Assembly: GCA_009693235.1 (NCBI GenBank) | Contig: SHXR01000009.1 | Coordinates: 2,195 to 66,194, forward strand | Source of the DNA: Betaproteobacteria bacterium | Lineage (GTDB): Bacteria; Pseudomonadota; Gammaproteobacteria; Burkholderiales; SG8-39 | Length of the DNA: 64,000 nt | Direction: 5' to 3' | Part shown: positions 17,072 through 25,897 of the stretch, one piece after another | Layout of the letters: every line of letters starts with the position of its first letter | Position numbering within the stretch: position 1 is the stretch's first letter | Notes under the pieces: model-generated | Databases searched by the model: none | Told to the model about the DNA's origin: nothing | The model's input: the letters and a program-made list of their open reading frames with translations, nothing else | Position numbers and translations under genes: made by a program

Positions 17072-18241
17072 ATGGAGCGGCGCATCGCGCATCTCGATAT
17101 GGATGCCTTCTATGCGTCGGTCGAGTTGCTGCGTTATCCTGATTTGCGCGGACATCCGGTTGTCATCGGCGGGCGCAGGCGTCGAGCGAGCGATGCTGAA
17201 TCGTCCGGCACCTACACGCGATTGCGCGAGTATGTGGGGCGCGGCGTGGCAACCACGGCCACCTATGAAGCGCGAGCATTCGGCGTGCATTCGGGGATCG
17301 GTTTGATGAAAGCCGCGGCGCTCGCGCCCGATGCGATTCTGCTGCCCGCGGATTTTGAGGAGTATGGAAAGTACTCGCGTCTCTTTAAAGCAGCGGTGGC
17401 GACCATCGCGCCCGTCATCGAGGATCGCGGCATCGATGAGATCTACATGGACCTCACCGAGGTTGCGGGCGAATCGGTGGCGCTGGCAACCGAAATCAAG
17501 CAGCGCGTGCGCGATGCAACCGGGCTCTCGTGTTCGATCGGCATCACGCCGAACAAACTTCTCTCAAAGCTTGCCTCGGAACTTCAGAAGCCGAACGGCA
17601 TCACCGTCCTGACGTATGCCGATGTGCCGACGCGCATCTGGCTCCTTGCCGCGCGCAAGGTGAATGGCATCGGACCGCGCGCAAGCGACAAGCTCGAAGC
17701 GCTTGGCATTCGAACGGTCGGTGACATCGCCAATGCCGATCCTGCGATGCTGATTGAACAATTTGGTAAGAGCTATGGGCGCTGGCTGCATGAGGCGGCG
17801 CATGGCCGCGATGATAGGCCCATCGTTACGGTGCGAGAGGCGAAATCAATCAGCCGCGAAACCACTTTTGAACGTGATCTGCATGCCAAGCGTGATCGTG
17901 AGGCGTTATCGGTGGTGTTGCTTCACCTGTGTACGCGTGTTGCCGAGGACCTTGTTCGCAAGGGTGTAGTCGGCAAGACGATCGGCATCAAGCTGCGCTA
18001 TGAGGACTTCAAAACCGTGACGCGTGACTTCACGCTGCCCGCCGCCGTTGCAGATGCCGAGGCGATTCGGGCGGCAGCACGCGAGTGCCTGAAACGTGTC
18101 GATCTCGATCGGCGGATCAGGTTGCTTGGCGTGCGGGCGGGAGCGCTGATGCAGGCCGCAGACGCACGGGTTAGTGAGGCGACCCCGACGCCGAAGAAGC
18201 CGGCCCGTTCTGAGCCATGGAATTTGTCGTTGTTTGATTAA
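17072..18241 (+). CDS. dinB: DNA polymerase IV (Y-family translesion polymerase)
   Basis: Contains MERRIAHLDMDAFYASVE...SIDEIYMDLT...SCSIGITPNKLLSKLAS...KVNGIGP. The ATG lies 8 nt after the coxS-like stop. Confidence 0.9.
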   Translation: MERRIAHLDMDAFYASVELLRYPDLRGHPVVIGGRRRRASDAESSGTYTRLREYVGRGVATTATYEARAFGVHSGIGLMKAAALAPDAILLPADFEEYGKYSRLFKAAVATIAPVIEDRGIDEIYMDLTEVAGESVALATEIKQRVRDATGLSCSIGITPNKLLSKLASELQKPNGITVLTYADVPTRIWLLAARKVNGIGPRASDKLEALGIRTVGDIANADPAMLIEQFGKSYGRWLHEAAHGRDDRPIVTVREAKSISRETTFERDLHAKRDREALSVVLLHLCTRVAEDLVRKGVVGKTIGIKLRYEDFKTVTRDFTLPAAVADAEAIRAAARECLKRVDLDRRIRLLGVRAGALMQAADARVSEATPTPKKPARSEPWNLSLFD

Positions 18242-18269
18242 GCCGCGCATTCCCGGTCCGCAGCATTGC

Positions 18270-18833
18270 CTAGTCCACCGGCACCAGTTTCCGGAACGCC
18301 GCTGCAACCTCTTCACCATATTGGGTCTGCAATTGCGTATCCACCGACTTCGGCACGGACACCGCGTCCTTGCCTTCGGTGAGGCCGCTGATGATGGTGA
18401 GCTGGACGGCATCGACGGTGCCGACATTGCGAAAGCCGCGATAGACGAGCGGCGGCACCGACAGCGTGTCCCACTTGTTCAGTACGACCCTATGCGCCAC
18501 CGGTTCGCCGATTTCATATTCGATCGTGCCCTGTAGGACCATGAAGGTTTCATGCGTCGTGTTGTGGGAATGCAGGCAAGGGCCTTGCCCCGGAGGCATG
18601 ATCGAGATGAAGGTGGAGACGCCCGACGCTCCGATGATGGGCGCAGCCTTGCCAAAGAGCTTGTCCTTGTCATGCAGGATGACCGGCATGATCTTGCGCG
18701 CGAATACGACGTCCATGGCACCTTGCGGTATCCATGCGAGATCGTTGGCCGTGGTCATCGGCGCGAGCGCGTCGAAGCGACCGATGCGGGCTTCGAGTTC
18801 TTCTTTGCTGGGGGTGTAGATGGCGTTGGCCAT
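18270..18833 (-). CDS. cupin domain protein
   Basis: 187 aa. Contains PPGQGPCLHSHNTTHETFMVLQG...WDTLSVPP, cupin motifs 1 and 2. Confidence 0.7.
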   Translation of the reverse strand: MANAIYTPSKEELEARIGRFDALAPMTTANDLAWIPQGAMDVVFARKIMPVILHDKDKLFGKAAPIIGASGVSTFISIMPPGQGPCLHSHNTTHETFMVLQGTIEYEIGEPVAHRVVLNKWDTLSVPPLVYRGFRNVGTVDAVQLTIISGLTEGKDAVSVPKSVDTQLQTQYGEEVAAAFRKLVPVD

Positions 18834-18943
18834 GCGATGTCTCCGCAGAAAAACCGAATCTTAGTCCGGATGTGGCACGTCGCGGTAGCTCACCCCGGAA
18901 ATCGGTATCCTCAACCGCTCATCTCGACTAGGGAGTACTCACG

Positions 18944-20668
18944 GTGAACACCAAGGGACTGAACGGCGCCGAAGCGCTGCTCCACGTATTGCGCGGCATG
19001 GGCGTCGAGACGATTTTCGCATCGCCGGGCTCGGAGTGGGCGCCGGTTTGGGAGGCGCTGGCAAAGAGCGGTGGTACGGGCGAATACCCCGAATACATTT
19101 CGTTTCGACATGAAGAGACGGTGATCGCGGCGGCGACCGGCTATTACAAGGCCACCGACAAGCTGCCGGGGGTGATCATCCATACGACGGTGGGTGCATT
19201 GCATGCGACCATGGCCCTGCGTGCGGCGCTGCATGAGCGGGTGCCGATGGTGGTGTTTGCAGGCGAATCGATCGCATTCGGTGAGGATGACAGTCCCGAT
19301 CCTGGCGCGCAGTGGCTGCGTCTTCTCACTGATATGGGGGGGGCTGCGCCCCTCGTTGAGCGTTGCGTCAAGTGGACCTTTGGCCTCAACACCGCCGCGT
19401 TGTTGCCGGCAACCATTCATCGAGCATGCCAGTTGGCGATGGCGGAGCCGGCCGGACCGGTGTTTGTCTCGGTGCCGATGGAGATGCAATTTGCGACGAT
19501 GAAGCATGACGCGCCGCCTGGTGTTTATGTGCAGCCAAGCACACCGGACCCAGCGGCGATGGATGCCATTGCCGAACGACTCATTGCCGCGAAGCGCCCG
19601 GTCATCGTGACCGAGGGGGTGGGCCGCTCGGTTGCAGCGGTTGCGTCGCTGGTTGCGTTGGCTGAGCGTTTGGGCGCCCCGGTGCTCGAGGGCAGAAATC
19701 CAAGTTTCATGAATTTCCCGCATGGGCATCCGCTGTATGGGGGACTTTGCGATACCGCGCAGCTGAAAGCCTATCTCAATGATGCGGACCTCGTGTTCCT
19801 GGCCGATGCGGTGATTCCTTGGCATCCGCCATCAGCCTTACCTGGACCGAATACGTCGATGGTGATGCTGGGCGATGCGCCGTTGTATCCACAGGTGCCC
19901 TACCTGGGTCTCCGCGCCGATCTCGTGGTGCAAGCGAACGTCGCGCAAAGCTTGCCCATGATCAACGAGCGGGTGAACAAAAAGATCGATGCGGGGGCAC
20001 GAGCGGCGATGGTGAAGGAGTGGGGCGCCAAGCACGAACAAGCACGTGCCGCATGGCGCGATCGAGCGCAGTCGGCCGGGAAGGTCGGCGTGATCGATAC
20101 GGCATGGGTTGCCAATGAATTGAACGCTGTGTTACCGGCCAATGCCATCGTCGTCGATGAAACGATTACGCATCGCTACGATCTCTATCGGGGCTTGGAA
20201 GCGATGCAGCCGGGTAGTTATTTCGAGGCCGCGTATGGCGGATTGGGCATGGGCTTGGGCTATGCGCTCGGGGTGAAGTACGCGGCCCGCAATCGACCGG
20301 TCATCACAACGATCGGCGATGGCTCGTTCAACTACAACCCGGTGGTCGCCTCATTCGGCGCTTGCCAGGAGCATGGGCTGCCCGCACTGATTTTGGTGAT
20401 GAATAACTCTGGCTATCTTTCGCAAAAAGGCGGCATACCGAAGTACTACCCCGACGGCGCAGCGGTTCGCTCGAGGAATTTTCCGGGTACGACGATCACG
20501 CCAAGCCCGAACTACGCGGCATTGCCGCTGGCGTTCGAAGGTGTGGGCGAGCGGGTGGTCAAGCCGGGCGATCTGCGGCCCGCATTGCTGCGGGGTCTGG
20601 AGGCGATCGGCGCCGGCAAGCTTGCGTTGATCGATATCGTGCTGGCCGAGGTCAATCCAAAAAAATGA
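18944..20668 (+). CDS. thiamine-pyrophosphate-dependent enzyme (acetolactate synthase large-subunit-like)
   Basis: GTG start after GGGAG. Contains GAEALLHVLRGMGVETIFASPGSE... and a C-terminal GDGSFNYN TPP-binding motif. Confidence 0.85.
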   Translation: MNTKGLNGAEALLHVLRGMGVETIFASPGSEWAPVWEALAKSGGTGEYPEYISFRHEETVIAAATGYYKATDKLPGVIIHTTVGALHATMALRAALHERVPMVVFAGESIAFGEDDSPDPGAQWLRLLTDMGGAAPLVERCVKWTFGLNTAALLPATIHRACQLAMAEPAGPVFVSVPMEMQFATMKHDAPPGVYVQPSTPDPAAMDAIAERLIAAKRPVIVTEGVGRSVAAVASLVALAERLGAPVLEGRNPSFMNFPHGHPLYGGLCDTAQLKAYLNDADLVFLADAVIPWHPPSALPGPNTSMVMLGDAPLYPQVPYLGLRADLVVQANVAQSLPMINERVNKKIDAGARAAMVKEWGAKHEQARAAWRDRAQSAGKVGVIDTAWVANELNAVLPANAIVVDETITHRYDLYRGLEAMQPGSYFEAAYGGLGMGLGYALGVKYAARNRPVITTIGDGSFNYNPVVASFGACQEHGLPALILVMNNSGYLSQKGGIPKYYPDGAAVRSRNFPGTTITPSPNYAALPLAFEGVGERVVKPGDLRPALLRGLEAIGAGKLALIDIVLAEVNPKK

Positions 20669-20698
20669 TTGGCGTAGGGACGATCGCCTGCTGAACGC

Positions 20699-21673
20699 TC
20701 AGTCGCCAGCACGAATACCGAAGTCTTTCACCACTTTCGACCACTTCGCCATTTCCGCATCCAGGAACTTGCCGAGTTGGTCGGGGGGGCCGCCAATCAG
20801 GTTCATACCCTGTGCGGTCAAGCGTTCGCGAACGGTCTTCTCATTGAGAATCTTGGTGACTTCATCGAACATGCGTTGAATGACCGGGGCGGGTGTCTTG
20901 GCCGGTACAAACATGCCCCACCATGACAGGGCTTCAAATCCGGGAATACCGCTTTCGGCGATGGTGGGAACATTGGGCAACTCCGGATCACGTTTGAGCG
21001 AGCTCACTGCGAGCGGCATGAGGTGACCGGCCTTTATCTGCGGGCTGAGCAGCGCAGTGGTCGCCATCGCCACCGGCACGTGGCCGGCGATGGCGTCTTG
21101 TGCCAGCGGTCCGCCACCCTTGTACGGTACATGTTGCATCTGGAATTTCGCTTGGTCACCCATCAACGTCATCGCCAGATGAGCCAAACTGCCGGTGCCG
21201 ATCGAGCCAAAAGTGACTGCATTGGGTTTCACCCGTGCGGCGGCCAGCAGCTCGCTAAGACTCTTATAAGGCTGCGATTTATGGACCGTGATGACCATCG
21301 ACCCGGTTGCCACTAGCATCACCGGCACAAGTTCAGTGCGTGTATCGAACGGTAGATTCGGGATGATGCTTGGATTGATCGCATGCGTATCGAATGCGAC
21401 GAGCCAAGTGTAGCCATCCGGGGGTGATTTTGCGACCACGCCGGTGCCAATCGAGCCACCGCCACCGGCACGATTCTCGGCGATGACCTGCTGGCCGAGC
21501 GACTGAGTCAGGCCATTGGCCAAAATGCGGGCGAGCTGATCGGTGGTGCCGCCGGGTGGAAACGGTGCAACCAAGCGGACCGGTTTCACCGGCCAGGCCG
21601 GTGTTTGGCCGATGGCTATTGCTGCCAAGGTTGAGAGAATAAAGGCAGTGACGCAGCGAAGAGTGGTCATCAT
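20699..21673 (-). CDS. Bug/TctC-family substrate-binding protein
   Basis: Contains WPVKPVRLVAPFPPGGTTD...IAENRAGGGGSIG...PPDGYTWL. The start is chosen at MMTTLRCV (signal peptide). The ORF stays open upstream to 21829, so the start is uncertain. Confidence 0.8.
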   Translation of the reverse strand: MMTTLRCVTAFILSTLAAIAIGQTPAWPVKPVRLVAPFPPGGTTDQLARILANGLTQSLGQQVIAENRAGGGGSIGTGVVAKSPPDGYTWLVAFDTHAINPSIIPNLPFDTRTELVPVMLVATGSMVITVHKSQPYKSLSELLAAARVKPNAVTFGSIGTGSLAHLAMTLMGDQAKFQMQHVPYKGGGPLAQDAIAGHVPVAMATTALLSPQIKAGHLMPLAVSSLKRDPELPNVPTIAESGIPGFEALSWWGMFVPAKTPAPVIQRMFDEVTKILNEKTVRERLTAQGMNLIGGPPDQLGKFLDAEMAKWSKVVKDFGIRAGD

Positions 21674-21700
21674 TGATAGGATCGCGATCGGGGCGCTATG

Positions 21701-21742
21701 TTGACCGGCGCATTGTAGAGGTTGACCGGCGCATTGTAGAGG
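21701..21742. repeat. perfect 21-bp tandem duplication (TTGACCGGCGCATTGTAGAGG x2)
   Basis: Read directly. Lies in the divergent region between the tctC-like gene and the amidohydrolase gene. Confidence 0.95.
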
Positions 21743-21791
21743 GTGTTTCATCATGACACGGGACCGCGGTCCCAAATAAAGGAGACATGTC

Positions 21792-23474
21792 TTGTCGTAC
21801 GACCTGATCGTTCGGAACGGAACCGTCATCGATGGTACTGGCCAGCCACGCTTTCATGCCGACATCGGCGTGATGGGTGGCAAAATCGCGGCGATCGGTG
21901 CCGTCGCCGGCCAGGGGAAACGTGAGATCGATGCCACCGGTCTCATCGTCTGCCCCGGCTTCGTCGATATTCACACCCACTATGACGCACAGATCTGCTG
22001 GGATCCGGTGCTCGGCTCATCGTCCGAACACGGCGTAACGACGGTGGTGCTTGGCAACTGCGGCATTGGCGTTGCGCCGAGTTGGCCTGCGGACCGCGAA
22101 ATCAATGCCCTCGATCTCGTCAGTCTCGAAGGTCTTTCCATCGACGTGTTGAAGGCAGGCATCCCATGGAAGTGGGAGAGCTTCATCGACTATATGCAGT
22201 TCGCCGCCGCGCAGCGCCCCGGCGTCAATCTGAGCTTCTTGATGCCGATGGCCGCGTTGCGCCGCTATGTGATGCGGCAGGCGGCGGTCGAGCGGGTGGC
22301 CACAGCGGAAGAGACGCAACAGATTGCCCGTTTGCTGAAAGAAGCCATGCAGGCGGGGGCCAACGGCTTCAGCACGACGACGATCTCGCGACAGAAAGGT
22401 TGGCAGGGCGCGCCGCTTGCCTGCACGTTGGCGAGCCATGATGAACTGCGGACCTATGCACGGGTGTTAAAGGAAGTCGGGCGCGGCGTGATTCAACTGA
22501 ATTGCGCCTACAACCTCGGCTCGCTGGCGGACGAGGAATTCGCGCTCCTCGATATGTTGACCACCGAAAGCGGTCGGCCCGTGACCTGGTCAGGCGGGGT
22601 CAGTCGCGGCGATCAACCGGGTGGCCTGGAGGCGTATTTAAAGAAGATCGAGCCCCTGGTGGCGCGCGGCAGCAAACCGCAAGGCACTTCACGCCCGCTC
22701 ACGGTAGAGGTCAATCTCAACAATCCCTTTGTCATGACCGATCTGGAGGCCGGGAAGAAGGTGCTTGGCCAGCCAAAGGATGTGCAGAAGAAGCATTACG
22801 CTGATCCGGCATTTCGCCGGCAGGTGCGGGATGAATATGCCAAAGGCGGCAAACTGTTCAGTGGCGCATGGATCGATGCAGAGGTGTTGCGGGTGGGGAG
22901 CCCCAGCATGGAAAAATACCTGCGCCGCTCGGTGCGTGAGATCGCGATCGAGCAGGGCAAGGAACCGATCGATGTGTTCTTTGACCTGGCGCTCGAAGAC
23001 GATTTGCAGCTGCGTTACTTGGGCGCTATTGCCAACGTCGAACCGGAACGCGTGGGCAAGCAAATCAATGACGATCGCATCCTGCTTGGTATGTCAGACG
23101 GCGGCGCGCATGTCGATATGCTGCTGGAGTCGAACTACACGACCTATATTCTTGGTCACTGGGTGCGCGACAAAAAAGCGATGACGCTCGAACGTGCGAT
23201 CTACCGGATGACCGCCGAACCAGCCAAGCTATTTGGCATCACGGATCGTGGACTGCTCAAGCAAGGTCTGGCGGCCGATATCACCGTATTTGATGAACAG
23301 ACGGTGGGCTCGGCGATGAAGGCGACCCACGTCAACCGCGATTTGCCAGGCGGCGGGGCGCGTCTTTATGTCGAATCACGGGGCATAGCCCATGTCATCG
23401 TGAATGGTGAGCCTTTGTTGGATCACGGCAAAGTACTGGACGGTCGTGCCGGGGAGATCCTGCATCGCGCTTGA
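21792..23474 (+). CDS. N-acyl-D-amino-acid deacylase (D-aminoacylase) family amidohydrolase
   Basis: TTG start 7 nt after AAGGAGAC. Contains YDLIVRNGTVIDGTG...GFVDIHTHYD...SDGGAH, typical of the D-aminoacylase family. Confidence 0.85.
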   Translation: MSYDLIVRNGTVIDGTGQPRFHADIGVMGGKIAAIGAVAGQGKREIDATGLIVCPGFVDIHTHYDAQICWDPVLGSSSEHGVTTVVLGNCGIGVAPSWPADREINALDLVSLEGLSIDVLKAGIPWKWESFIDYMQFAAAQRPGVNLSFLMPMAALRRYVMRQAAVERVATAEETQQIARLLKEAMQAGANGFSTTTISRQKGWQGAPLACTLASHDELRTYARVLKEVGRGVIQLNCAYNLGSLADEEFALLDMLTTESGRPVTWSGGVSRGDQPGGLEAYLKKIEPLVARGSKPQGTSRPLTVEVNLNNPFVMTDLEAGKKVLGQPKDVQKKHYADPAFRRQVRDEYAKGGKLFSGAWIDAEVLRVGSPSMEKYLRRSVREIAIEQGKEPIDVFFDLALEDDLQLRYLGAIANVEPERVGKQINDDRILLGMSDGGAHVDMLLESNYTTYILGHWVRDKKAMTLERAIYRMTAEPAKLFGITDRGLLKQGLAADITVFDEQTVGSAMKATHVNRDLPGGGARLYVESRGIAHVIVNGEPLLDHGKVLDGRAGEILHRA

Positions 23475-23617
23475 ATGCGTGCCGTAACGTGTGACCGGTA
23501 GCATTTTCTTCATCTTTCGTCCCATCATGAAATGATTTCGTTACAACTAGGGCGTTCAATGGCAGGTATCGGGTGAGCCTGCCCGAAGCACCGTTTGAAT
23601 CGATGAGGAGAACTGTT

Positions 23618-24058
23618 ATGAATACGGTACGAAAATTCGCCGTTGCGCTCGCTGCAGCACTTCCCATGACGCTGGCGCTGCCCGCATTCGCCCAGGCCGC
23701 CCCGGGTCAGCCGGGTGCAAGAGTCGAACATCGCCTCGCCGATCTGAAGACGAAACTGGGGATTAGCGGCGGTCAGGAATCGCAATGGCAGGCGTTTGAG
23801 GCCAAGGTGAAAGAGCAGGTGGCCAGTGCGCGGGCAGCGCGCCAAAATGCGCTCCGAGCGGTCACCGCGGCACCCGACAAACTTGCCAGGCAAGCCGAAT
23901 TCATGAAGCAACGCGGCGCCGGCTTGGAAGCGGCAGCCGGCGCCCTGCGGGATCTCTACGCCGTACTCTCGACTGCGCAGCGGGAAACGATCGATCAGCA
24001 CTACGCGCAGTTAGAGAGTCGCGGGCATGGCCGGCCTGGGCCAGTGCATCGAAGCTAA
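23618..24058 (+). CDS. periplasmic Spy/CpxP-like (LTXXQ-motif) protein
   Basis: Signal peptide MNTVRKFAVALAAALPMTLALPAFA and a helical, Q/A/R-rich body with LSTAQRE (LTXXQ-like). GAGGAG RBS. Confidence 0.6.
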   Translation: MNTVRKFAVALAAALPMTLALPAFAQAAPGQPGARVEHRLADLKTKLGISGGQESQWQAFEAKVKEQVASARAARQNALRAVTAAPDKLARQAEFMKQRGAGLEAAAGALRDLYAVLSTAQRETIDQHYAQLESRGHGRPGPVHRS

Positions 24059-24075
24059 GTTGCAACATTACAGCA

Positions 24076-24106
24076 GGGCGCGGCCATTGCGGTCGCGCCC
24101 TTTTTG
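24076..24106 (+). terminator. rho-independent terminator (partly bidirectional)
   Basis: GGGCGCGGCC-ATTGC-GGTCGCGCCC forms 10 bp including one G-T wobble, followed by TTTTTGTTG. It starts 18 nt after the stop of the Spy-like gene. Confidence 0.75.
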
Positions 24107-24109
24107 TTG

Positions 24110-24619
24110 CTAGTACTTGCCGAGGTAGTCCCGTTTGCCGATGTCCACGCCGTTATGCCGCAGAATGTTGTATGCGGTCGTGACGTGGAAATAGAAATTG
24201 GGCAACACGAAATGCTGGATGTAGGTGAGGCCTTTGAAAGTCGTTGGGCCGGCCCGCATCGGCAGCACGACTTCACGATCTTCGGCGCCGGCAAGCTGGC
24301 TCTCTTTAATGCTGTTCACGAAGGCGAGCGTCGACTCGATGCGTGTTTTCAACTGGGCGAGCGTCGTCTCGGTGTCTTCGGCTTTCGGCACTTCCACGCC
24401 GGCGATGCGCGCCATGCCGCCACGGGCCTGGTCACAAGCAATTTGTATCTGCTTGGAAAACGGCAGCATGTCGGCGATCAGCCGATCGTTGACCAGGACC
24501 GACTGGTCGATCTTCTTCGCTTCGCAATGCGCGGCCGCCTTATCAAGACAGGCGGACAGCCCACCCAGCAGTTGGTTGAAAATGGGTTTGGTGGCGGCGT
24601 ATAAGGTAATGGCAGGCAT
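24110..24619 (-). CDS. DUF1993 domain protein
   Basis: 169 aa. Contains MPAITLYAATKPIFNQLL...FVLPNFYFHVTTAYNILRHNGVDIGKRDYLG, as I recall for DUF1993. GGAGA RBS. Confidence 0.7.
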   Translation of the reverse strand: MPAITLYAATKPIFNQLLGGLSACLDKAAAHCEAKKIDQSVLVNDRLIADMLPFSKQIQIACDQARGGMARIAGVEVPKAEDTETTLAQLKTRIESTLAFVNSIKESQLAGAEDREVVLPMRAGPTTFKGLTYIQHFVLPNFYFHVTTAYNILRHNGVDIGKRDYLGKY

Positions 24620-24705
24620 CTGCGATCTCCAGGGGGTGAGGGGTTGATTGACAGGGGTCCGGTGCCGGATTCTACGGGAACCGGGCACGAGGCCGCTCCA
24701 GCTTG

Positions 24706-24718
24706 AATTAAAAAGCAA
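24706..24718 (+). promoter_or_regulatory. candidate Ada box (AAT-N6-GCAA)
   Basis: AATTAAAAAGCAA lies about 70 nt upstream of the ada ATG. It resembles the E. coli ada promoter element AATTAAAGCGCAA. Confidence 0.45.
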
Positions 24719-24787
24719 GACTCGGAGTGCGACGCGTCGCGGGCGCGGCTAAAGTTCTGCTACGTTGCCGGGATGAAAGGACACCGT

Positions 24788-25897
24788 ATGAACATGAACG
24801 CCGAAGCTCGCGCCGTGGCGACGCGCAACGATCCGCGTTGGGCGCGGGTATTGCATCGCGACCGCAGCGCGGATGGGACATTCTTCTATTCAGTCCGGAC
24901 GACCCGGGTGTATTGCCGGCCCTCATGTGCGGCCAGACCTGCGCGGCCGGAGAACGTCGAGTTCCATATGACGACCGCAGCGGCCGAGCATGCCGGCTTT
25001 CGGCCTTGCAAGCGCTGCAAGCCCAACCAGGCGCCCGCCGCAATTCAGCATGCTGTGCAAATCGCTGAACTATGCCGATGGATTGAGCAGGCAGAATCCT
25101 TCCCAAGCCTCGCTGCGCTGGCCCGGCACGCCGGAACCAGTCCGTACCACCTGCATCGTCGCTTCAAAGCGGTCACCGGCCTCACGCCCAAAGCCTATGC
25201 CATGGCCCATCGGGCAAAGCAAGTGCGCCGCGCCCTGGGGGAGGGCCGCACCATCACCGATGCCCTCTACGACGCGGGCTTCAATTCGAATGGCCGCTTT
25301 TATGCAACATCTGGTGGCGTGCTTGGCATGACGCCCACCGCATTTCGGCAGGGTGGGCTGGACACCACGATTCAATTCGCTATTGATCATTGCTCCCTCG
25401 GTGCCATCCTCGTGGCTGCAACGGAACGCGGGGTATGTGCCATTTTCATGGCCGATGATCGGAAGACCCTTCGCGGTGACCTGCAAGATCGCTTCCCGCG
25501 CGCCGTATTGGTCGAAGGCGATGCAGGCTTCCAGCAACAGGTCGCGAAGGTGATCGCCATGGTGGAGGCGCCGCGTCTTGGACTCGATCTGCCGCTCGAT
25601 GTGAGGGGAACCGCTTTTCAGCAACGCGTGTGGCAGGCGTTGCGCGCTATTCCGGCTGGCGAGAAAAAAAGCTATGCCGCCATCGCGAAAGACATCGGTG
25701 CACCCAAGGCGGTGCGGGCGGTGGCGCAAGCTTGCGCAGCGAATGCATTGGCGGTCGCCATTCCATGTCATCGGGTTGTGCGTAGCGACGGGTCGCTCTC
25801 CGGATACCGATGGGGTCCAGAGCGCAAGCAGGCGCTCCTCGAGCGCGAGGCCGATGAGGAGGGCACGCTCAGTCGGCCGTCGCCCCGGAGGCCTTGA
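24788..25897 (+). CDS. ada: bifunctional Ada: methylphosphotriester-DNA methyltransferase/AraC-type activator plus O6-methylguanine-DNA methyltransferase
   Basis: N-terminal CRPSC...CKRC Zn-Cys4 domain, an AraC HTH region, and a C-terminal PCHRVV active site. Confidence 0.9.
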   Translation: MNMNAEARAVATRNDPRWARVLHRDRSADGTFFYSVRTTRVYCRPSCAARPARPENVEFHMTTAAAEHAGFRPCKRCKPNQAPAAIQHAVQIAELCRWIEQAESFPSLAALARHAGTSPYHLHRRFKAVTGLTPKAYAMAHRAKQVRRALGEGRTITDALYDAGFNSNGRFYATSGGVLGMTPTAFRQGGLDTTIQFAIDHCSLGAILVAATERGVCAIFMADDRKTLRGDLQDRFPRAVLVEGDAGFQQQVAKVIAMVEAPRLGLDLPLDVRGTAFQQRVWQALRAIPAGEKKSYAAIAKDIGAPKAVRAVAQACAANALAVAIPCHRVVRSDGSLSGYRWGPERKQALLEREADEEGTLSRPSPRRP

